From Candidatus Woesearchaeota archaeon B3_Woes (lineage in GTDB: Archaea; Nanobdellota; Nanobdellia; Woesearchaeales; B3-WOES), in NCBI GenBank assembly GCA_005222965.1, contig NJBG01000001.1, forward strand, positions 861,533-896,166: a DNA stretch of 34,634 bases, in the 5' to 3' direction. The translations under genes and the position numbers were made by a program. Below, piece after piece: positions 27,946 to 34,634 of the stretch (position 1 is the first letter of the stretch; each line of letters opens with the position of its first letter). The notes below the pieces were generated by a model. It saw only the letters and a list, made by a program, of their open reading frames with translations, was not told where the DNA came from and ran no database searches.

Positions 27946-28976
27946 TTTAACTTTCTTACAATACCTTTATTTGCATCAACTTCAATTAAATCGCCGTCTT
28001 TTAAAACCTTTGTTGCAATCTTTGTACCTATGATACATGGTTTTTTCATCTCTCTGGAAATTATCGCTGCATGGGTTGTTTGTCCTCCTTCATTGGTTAC
28101 AATTGCCGAACATCTTCCAAGTATTGGAACATATAACACATTAGTCATGGATGCTACTATGACATCTCCTTTTTTGACCTTTGAAAAATCTTCTTTTGTC
28201 AACACTATCTTTGCTTCTCCTTTCGCAAATCCTTTGTTTGCAATAGTCCCTTTTAACTCTTTTGCCTCTGAATATGATTCTTCTTCAAATATCTCTTTCA
28301 TCTTTGCAAGCGCTTCATCACCTAACAGATATTTCTTTGTTTTCAAAGTGTAGAAATGGGCTTGATGTCTTTTCTTGACAATATCCATGTCTATTTCTTT
28401 ACACTGCAACAGATTTTTTATTTCTTCTAGAGACATTGATTCTACTAGTTCTTCTTTCAGATATTTTTTGAATTCTTTTGACAAGAACTCCCATAAGTCC
28501 ACCCAGTAAGATTTACTCTTGTATTTTGTGATGGTGCTTTTATAGTCTGGATGGTGATCTAGGAATTCATCATCCAATGAATAGCCAATAAATGCACATG
28601 ATATATAATACTTCCAGTATTCAGGCAAAATTTTCTGGATTTTCTCTATTATCGCAATAAGCTCTATTTTATTTGTTGGTTTGCTGCGTATTATACTACT
28701 TATTTGTTTGTCAGATTTTCCCACAATCTTGAACAGCGCCAAATATTTTGAAGGATTATTCCTAACTTTTTTCTTGACATTTTTTTTCAACAGATCAAAC
28801 TCTTCTTTGTTTCTGTAAAGTTCATTCACATTCTTTTTTGTGAAAAAGAATTTATCATCTATATCTTCTCCTAATAGTTCCATTAAGTTGGAGTATCCTA
28901 CTTCAATGCATTTATCATATACATAAAAAGCTATTTCTCTTGAGATATATTCATAATCATTTAGTTTTCTTTTCAT
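27942..28976 (-). CDS. Phospho-His swivel-domain protein, paralog 8 (short form)
   Basis: TNEGGQTTHAAIISREMKKPCIIGTK. 344 aa. Confidence 0.88.
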   Translation of the reverse strand: MKRKLNDYEYISREIAFYVYDKCIEVGYSNLMELLGEDIDDKFFFTKKNVNELYRNKEEFDLLKKNVKKKVRNNPSKYLALFKIVGKSDKQISSIIRSKPTNKIELIAIIEKIQKILPEYWKYYISCAFIGYSLDDEFLDHHPDYKSTITKYKSKSYWVDLWEFLSKEFKKYLKEELVESMSLEEIKNLLQCKEIDMDIVKKRHQAHFYTLKTKKYLLGDEALAKMKEIFEEESYSEAKELKGTIANKGFAKGEAKIVLTKEDFSKVKKGDVIVASMTNVLYVPILGRCSAIVTNEGGQTTHAAIISREMKKPCIIGTKIATKVLKDGDLIEVDANKGIVRKLK

Positions 28977-30460
28977 TTAATCTTCCTCACAATACCATGG
29001 TTAGCATTTACTTCAATTAAATCGCCATCTTTTAAAATTTTTGTGGCTATTTTAGTACCAATTACACATGGGATTCCTAATTCACGAGAAACAATAGCTG
29101 CATGACTAGTAATCCCACCTTCATCTGTTACAATAGCAACAGCCTTTTTCATAGCAGGAACACACTCAGGTCTTGTCATTGTTACAACCAACACCTCTCC
29201 TTTTTGAAATTTAGCCAAATCATCTTTTGTTTTACAAATCCTTACTATACCACTAACTTTGCCAGTAGATGCACACATTCCATGGATATCAGATTGAGCA
29301 GCTAAACTTTTATGATAACAATCCATAAACTTCTTAAAATCATCTTTTATATAGAATTCAGAAACTAATTTACCATCTTTCCTCTTCATATAAACTGCAT
29401 AATGTTTTATCCTTTCTTTACTCTCTTCCATATTAAAATTAGTTAACATTTTATAATCAATTTCATCAGGAGAATATCTTTTTAGAATATCTAAGGGAAT
29501 ATCAAACTTTTCACTAATCTCTTTCAATAATATATGCATGTAGTAAACACAACTCAACATATTCTTTTTCCTGTCATCCTGCCAATGAAGAACTTTTATC
29601 GAAAGATCAATCAAATCTATAATTTTACTATCAAAATTAAATTTTTGAATCAATTCTTTTCTTTTATTAATATTATTCTTATACCTTTGATTTTCCTCTT
29701 TTATCTGCTTATCAACATCAATATTATCTTTAATCATATTTTTTATTTCTTTTAGGTAATCTTCTTCTCTTAAACCATCACCATCAAAATAATTTAATTG
29801 GTTATAGAAATATTCCTTTCTATGAAATGATATTAATCCTAAAACATCTTCACCATTTTCCATCATCTTTATAATTTTCATTAAATCCAGATGTTCTTCA
29901 TTCATAAAAGAAGGTCGTTCAGGTTGTAATAAATCATTAAAAATTTCCCTGAATTTCTTATCATGCCTGTTAAGATTTAGTGATTTTTCCAACATTTCTT
30001 TTAACAAAGGCTCAACAACAAAAGGTATTGCTTCTACTAAATGACTCACACTTAGAAGTCTGTGGTAGGTTCCCCAAAATTTCTTATAAATATTAAGTAA
30101 ATCTTTATTATTAAGATTTTTAATATCTCCTTCATCTATCTCTAACATAATTTTTTGAGAATCTTTTACAAAAACATCATCTTTTTTTAATAAATCCTTT
30201 AAATAATTCTTATCTTTTTCATATCTCTTAAGAAAATTATTTCCAACATCTACTAAATCCTGTTCAAGATAACAATATTCTAAATAATCTTTGTTAAAAA
30301 TAAATAATTTTTCAGTATACCCATAACCAAGAACTTTGTGACAATCAACCATCGATGATACAGGACCATGAAAAATATAATTTAGACAGCTGTTAAATCC
30401 CTGTACATACCATTTCTTTTTAGCAATTTCCTGAAACCTTTTAGATAAATCTTCTTTCAT
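28973..30460 (-). CDS. Phospho-His swivel-domain protein, paralog 9
   Basis: TDEGGITSHAAIVSRELGIPCVIGTK. Confidence 0.9.
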   Translation of the reverse strand: MKEDLSKRFQEIAKKKWYVQGFNSCLNYIFHGPVSSMVDCHKVLGYGYTEKLFIFNKDYLEYCYLEQDLVDVGNNFLKRYEKDKNYLKDLLKKDDVFVKDSQKIMLEIDEGDIKNLNNKDLLNIYKKFWGTYHRLLSVSHLVEAIPFVVEPLLKEMLEKSLNLNRHDKKFREIFNDLLQPERPSFMNEEHLDLMKIIKMMENGEDVLGLISFHRKEYFYNQLNYFDGDGLREEDYLKEIKNMIKDNIDVDKQIKEENQRYKNNINKRKELIQKFNFDSKIIDLIDLSIKVLHWQDDRKKNMLSCVYYMHILLKEISEKFDIPLDILKRYSPDEIDYKMLTNFNMEESKERIKHYAVYMKRKDGKLVSEFYIKDDFKKFMDCYHKSLAAQSDIHGMCASTGKVSGIVRICKTKDDLAKFQKGEVLVVTMTRPECVPAMKKAVAIVTDEGGITSHAAIVSRELGIPCVIGTKIATKILKDGDLIEVNANHGIVRKIK

Positions 30461-31884
30461 TCTATCTTCCTAACAATACCATGATCAGCATCTACTTCTA
30501 CTAAATCACCATCCTTTAAAACCTTTGTAGCTACTTGAGTTCCAATAATACAAGGCTTACCTAACTCTCTAGAAACAATTGCAGCATGACTAGTAATCCC
30601 CCCTTCATTTGTGATTATAGCTGCTGCTTTTTTCATAATAGGAACAAATTCAGGTCTAGTCATATATGATACAAGTATATCTCCTTCTTCCATTTTTGAA
30701 AACTCATCTTGTTTCATAATAATCTTTACTCTTCCCTTAACAATTCCTTTATTTGCAATCTGCCCTTTTAGTTCTTTAAACTCCTGTTTAATCCTATCAT
30801 CATAAACCTTTTTTATTTCTTCAGCTTCATCACCATAAAAATATGCAGGATCATCTTTTCTGGAAAACAATGCACTTACCTTATGACCAATCTTTTTTAA
30901 TTCTTCCTCAGATATTGTAAATAATTTATCAGATTTGTTTATGAAAGGCAATTGTTCATAAAGTCTCCAATCAATATTCTTTCTTCTTGCTATTTCTTCT
31001 ACAAACCATCTTAATATAGCATCCCCTTTACAGTTTATTCTCTTCCTTACATCTCTCCTATGACCCAATGAAGACATTAACTTAAAGAATTTCAACACGT
31101 TTTTGGGCATATCATGATTTTCATAGATTTCTCTTTTCTTATTTGAAAGGTCTGAAAGCTTTTTTTCTATCTCTTTAAGATTCTTTTCAGGATCTTTTAT
31201 TTTTTCAAGTTTTTCTTTAAAATGCGATACGGGTTGTGTGTCTGCATGACCATAATTGTTCTTATACCAAAAAAATTTCTTTTGATGCCTCTCAAGACCT
31301 TCTTCAGAAAAATTGATTTTAAGCTTTAATAAAGATATTTCTTCTTCCTGTGCAAAAGAAGGAACATCAGGCATTAAAAGAGTCTTCACTTCATCATCTG
31401 TAAGCTTATTATTATACTCTTCATTTAGAAGATGGTTTATTATTTCCTCCCAATAAAGATCAAAAGAATCTATAAATATAAATGGTTTCCACGCTTCATC
31501 AAAACAATCGCAGAACTCTTCAAATACTTTTTTTAGTTCATCATCTGATAGAGATTTCAAATCAGGAAGACTATCAATAGCTTTATCAAGGTCTTTTTCA
31601 AGTTTATCATGGAGCTTTTCAAGTTTGTCTAAGAAAGAATCATCACTATTATTTTTATCTAAAATATATTTATACATCTTTTCAAGAGCGCCTTTATCCA
31701 AACCCATACAAAAATTGCCATCCTCTTCTATGATAATTAAATGTTCATATCCTTTTTCATGCATACTGAGGACACTTCTAACTGCTGTATATACAGGAAA
31801 AGAAATGTAAAATGGTTTTCCCTCTCCTCCCTGATCATACCATTCAGTTTCTTGAATTATTTTTTTAAAATCTTCTTTATTCAT
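30457..31884 (-). CDS. Phospho-His swivel-domain protein, paralog 10
   Basis: TNEGGITSHAAIVSRELGKPCIIGT. Confidence 0.9.
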   Translation of the reverse strand: MNKEDFKKIIQETEWYDQGGEGKPFYISFPVYTAVRSVLSMHEKGYEHLIIIEEDGNFCMGLDKGALEKMYKYILDKNNSDDSFLDKLEKLHDKLEKDLDKAIDSLPDLKSLSDDELKKVFEEFCDCFDEAWKPFIFIDSFDLYWEEIINHLLNEEYNNKLTDDEVKTLLMPDVPSFAQEEEISLLKLKINFSEEGLERHQKKFFWYKNNYGHADTQPVSHFKEKLEKIKDPEKNLKEIEKKLSDLSNKKREIYENHDMPKNVLKFFKLMSSLGHRRDVRKRINCKGDAILRWFVEEIARRKNIDWRLYEQLPFINKSDKLFTISEEELKKIGHKVSALFSRKDDPAYFYGDEAEEIKKVYDDRIKQEFKELKGQIANKGIVKGRVKIIMKQDEFSKMEEGDILVSYMTRPEFVPIMKKAAAIITNEGGITSHAAIVSRELGKPCIIGTQVATKVLKDGDLVEVDADHGIVRKIE

Positions 31885-33362
31885 TTTAACTTCCTAACAA
31901 CACCTTTCTCAGCATCTACTTCTACTAAATCACCATCTTTTAAAACTTTCAGAGCAATATTTGTACCAGTAACACAAGGTTTTCCTAACTCCCTTGAAAC
32001 AATAGCAGCATGGGATGTAATTCCACCATCGCTTGTAACAATTGCTGCTGCCTTTTTCATTAATCCAACATATTCTGGTCTTGTCATACCAGTAACTAAT
32101 ACATCTCCTTTTTTAAATTTTGAGAATTCTTCAACTGTATTCACAATTCTGACTTTACCAGTAGCTTTACCAGGAGAAGCACAAACACCCTTTATCTCAG
32201 AAATTTTATCAGGATCCTTCAAGCTCACAACTTTATCAAAATAATATTTTACTTTTTCTCCGTATATAGCCTCTAATTTATTCAAAGTATGAATAAGCAG
32301 AAAAGGTTTTTTTCTCTTTTCAACTTCAATAAGAAATTTTTCCTTATCTTTAACAAATTCTTCAACCTCTTTTATATCAAATAACATAATATCTTTAACA
32401 TCTAATTCATATCTTCTAGAAAACTCTTTTGCAAATCTTGTTTCATAATAAATAAACTTCAGAGCATTCTCTTTCCTTAATTCCTGCCAATAAGAAACAA
32501 ATACACTTAAATCTGATAAAGACCTTATTGTATTACTAAATCTATATTTATCCAATAACTCTTTCCTTATTTTTTTATTCTCTTTAGATAATTGTCTTTT
32601 CTTTTTCTCTAATTCATCTAAATCTTCTTTTAATAATTCTTTTATACCCTCAATCACCATACCAACAGAGTATCTATAACCATACCCCCAGTTCCCTTTA
32701 GCATAAAAATATTTATTAATATGCTTCTTAACAATATCTAATCTAACAAACTCTTCAGGATTATCTAATAAATCACTTCCTTTTATTTTTTTAGCTATAT
32801 CTATAAGCTCAATCTCAAAAAAATTCAAAAAAGAAGCCTTTTCAGGAGAAGTCAATGTAGAATATATTTTAGAAACATCTTTAATCTTTTCTTTTTTACA
32901 ATAATCTTCTAATTCTTTAATCATTCTCCTCTCTGAACTAAACATGATAGGGTCCATCATCATAGAAATTCGTCTTGATCTAATCAACTGTTGCCATATC
33001 CTATTGTGTTTATCCCATAATTCTTCTTCTGTTAATGATTTTAGATCAATTTTCATTAATTCATTAAACATTTGCTGATATTTAGCAGATTCCTTTTCAA
33101 ATTCAGAAAACCATCTATCAAACTCTTCTTTATTATTCATATAAACAGATAATATCTCTTCAAATAATCTATCCTGATCCTCAACTAAAGTGCACCACTT
33201 TGTTTCCCCATTTTTGTAAAAGTTTAATACAAACTTATATTGGTTTTTTAAAAAAGTAATTCCATCTGCCATGGCATGTGCAGCAAGACATATAAGCAAA
33301 GGACTAGCTTCTGCATGTTCTTCATACCACCCCTTATCAAAATTCTCTTCAATTAAACTCAT
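31881..33362 (-). CDS. Phospho-His swivel-domain protein, paralog 11
   Basis: TSDGGITSHAAIVSRELGKPCVTGT. Confidence 0.9.
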   Translation of the reverse strand: MSLIEENFDKGWYEEHAEASPLLICLAAHAMADGITFLKNQYKFVLNFYKNGETKWCTLVEDQDRLFEEILSVYMNNKEEFDRWFSEFEKESAKYQQMFNELMKIDLKSLTEEELWDKHNRIWQQLIRSRRISMMMDPIMFSSERRMIKELEDYCKKEKIKDVSKIYSTLTSPEKASFLNFFEIELIDIAKKIKGSDLLDNPEEFVRLDIVKKHINKYFYAKGNWGYGYRYSVGMVIEGIKELLKEDLDELEKKKRQLSKENKKIRKELLDKYRFSNTIRSLSDLSVFVSYWQELRKENALKFIYYETRFAKEFSRRYELDVKDIMLFDIKEVEEFVKDKEKFLIEVEKRKKPFLLIHTLNKLEAIYGEKVKYYFDKVVSLKDPDKISEIKGVCASPGKATGKVRIVNTVEEFSKFKKGDVLVTGMTRPEYVGLMKKAAAIVTSDGGITSHAAIVSRELGKPCVTGTNIALKVLKDGDLVEVDAEKGVVRKLK

Positions 33363-34634
33363 TTTATTTTCCTAACAACTCCTTCATCAGTGTCTACTTC
33401 TATTAATTCACCATTCTTTAATGCTTTTGTGGCAATTTTTGTGCCAACAATACAAGGAATTCCTAATTCCCTAGAAACAATAGCAGCATGTGAAGTCATA
33501 CCACCTTCATCTGTTATTATTGCTGAAGCCTTTCTCATAGCAATAACATAATCAGGAGAAGTCATTGGCGCAACTAATATTTCACCTTTCTCCATTCTAT
33601 CAATATGTTTAGGACTAAGAAGAATTCTTACCTTTCCTTTAACAACATTCTGTTTACCTTTACTAACAACCAACCCTTTAAACTCTTTTAAATTTTTATC
33701 AACATGAACCTCAAGATAAGGTTTAACAAGATCATTTGCTTTTTTACCAGCTAAATAATCTACATTTTTATTTTCATTATAATACATCATAAAACCTTTA
33801 TAACGTGATTTAGCATCTATCCTCTTATCATTTTCTAACAATTCAATAATTTCATAACCGCAATAATAACAAATTTCTTTAAATGAAATCTTTTTCCTTT
33901 TAGAAATCTCTTTCATAAAACAACTTATAATATGATTAGCTATAAAGATAAACTGCTTTCTAAAATCCTGCCACCAGACACAATAAGCAAGCTTTTTTGC
34001 TATATGAACAGTTTCATCATTAACATTATATTTTTTGATAATGGCTTTTTTCTTTTGTAATATTTTATCAACATAATTATTGATTTCATTAATTTTATTC
34101 TTAGCATCCTGCTTTGAAATTTTATCAAGCTCTTTCTTAAAGAAATTAACATCCAAAACCTTTGTAAAACCATAACTATTTCTTAACCAATAATATTTTT
34201 GCTGATGTTCTTTTAATTTCTCTTTATTATCTGATAATTTTATCTTCATAAATGCTAATTCTTCAGTCTGAAAAAAAGAAAGATTTTCAGGAGCACTAAG
34301 AGCTTCAAAAATTTCAATAAAATTAAACTTATCAAAATCTAATATCTTATTTTTTAATAATCTCTCTCCTCCCCAGTTGCTTAGCTCAGGCAGAATTCCA
34401 GTTAACCAAAAATTAAGATGCCCTTTTTCCCATTCAACAAAAAGATTTCTTAATTCACTATAGCTTAAATCAGAAAGACCTTTATTAACCCTAGCTTCAA
34501 ATTCTCTAAACTTATCTACACTAACCATCCAATCATCAAAAGCTTTTCTAAGAATTTTATCATCCAGAACATGTTTAACAAATAGTTTTTCTCCACTATC
34601 TCTTAGCTTTTCATAGTCTGCAATAAAAACAACC
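33359..34634 (-). CDS. Phospho-His swivel-domain protein, paralog 12 (5'-truncated by the window)
   Basis: TDEGGMTSHAAIVSRELGIPCIVGTK. The frame stays open past the Met at 34528 to the window edge (VVFIADYEKLRDSGEKLFVKHVLDDKILRKAFDDW-MVSV). Confidence 0.9.
   Translation of the reverse strand, partial: VVFIADYEKLRDSGEKLFVKHVLDDKILRKAFDDWMVSVDKFREFEARVNKGLSDLSYSELRNLFVEWEKGHLNFWLTGILPELSNWGGERLLKNKILDFDKFNFIEIFEALSAPENLSFFQTEELAFMKIKLSDNKEKLKEHQQKYYWLRNSYGFTKVLDVNFFKKELDKISKQDAKNKINEINNYVDKILQKKKAIIKKYNVNDETVHIAKKLAYCVWWQDFRKQFIFIANHIISCFMKEISKRKKISFKEICYYCGYEIIELLENDKRIDAKSRYKGFMMYYNENKNVDYLAGKKANDLVKPYLEVHVDKNLKEFKGLVVSKGKQNVVKGKVRILLSPKHIDRMEKGEILVAPMTSPDYVIAMRKASAIITDEGGMTSHAAIVSRELGIPCIVGTKIATKALKNGELIEVDTDEGVVRKIK

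Noticed and set aside
1531..32244. Short shadow ORFs (e.g. 1531-1848, 5213-5638, 10245-10517, 27781-28353, 31741-32244)
   Set aside because: They lie antisense to, or out of frame within, well-supported genes. Recurring FASTSTKSPS strings are only the reverse reading of the conserved GDLVEVDA DNA.
34526..34528. Met at 34528 as the start of paralog 12
   Set aside because: The frame is open to the window edge and most siblings are longer, so the true start lies outside the window.
4561..34634. PTS Enzyme I paralogs
   Set aside because: The His domain is C-terminal with no PEP-binding barrel after it, and no HPr or EII genes are in the window.
4561..34634. Diversity-generating retroelement or CRISPR-like array explaining the repeats
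   Set aside because: No reverse transcriptase or cas gene. The repeats are coding 3' ends spaced by whole genes, and the mismatches I checked fall at synonymous positions rather than showing template/variable-repeat mutagenesis.

Overview
Very AT-rich, gene-dense archaeal DNA. Archaeal evidence: a PAC2 proteasome chaperone, an intron-containing tRNA-Tyr with C1:G72, and BRE/TATA promoters. A DPANN lineage such as Woesearchaeota is my inference only. The window is dominated by at least 12 paralogous genes, each a divergent ~230-390 aa N-terminal region plus a conserved C-terminal phospho-His swivel (PEP-utilizer mobile) domain. One stand-alone PEP-synthase-type ATP-grasp gene is present and there is no pyruvate-binding domain. 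This looks like a split dikinase (rifampin phosphotransferase or phenylphosphate synthase architecture) in which one ATP-binding subunit could serve many substrate-specific subunits. Interleaved are five paralogous atypical SAM methyltransferases, three unrelated phosphatase folds, two YvoF-like acyltransferases, an acyl-CoA ligase, an alpha/beta hydrolase, malic enzyme, a degenerate Pta-like protein and a Cys/Met PLP enzyme. Two gene-end scars missed by the ORF track (11677-11729 and 14174-14260) show turnover of the array. No CRISPR, integrase or transposase was seen. All assignments are by-eye motif recognition, with no database searches.
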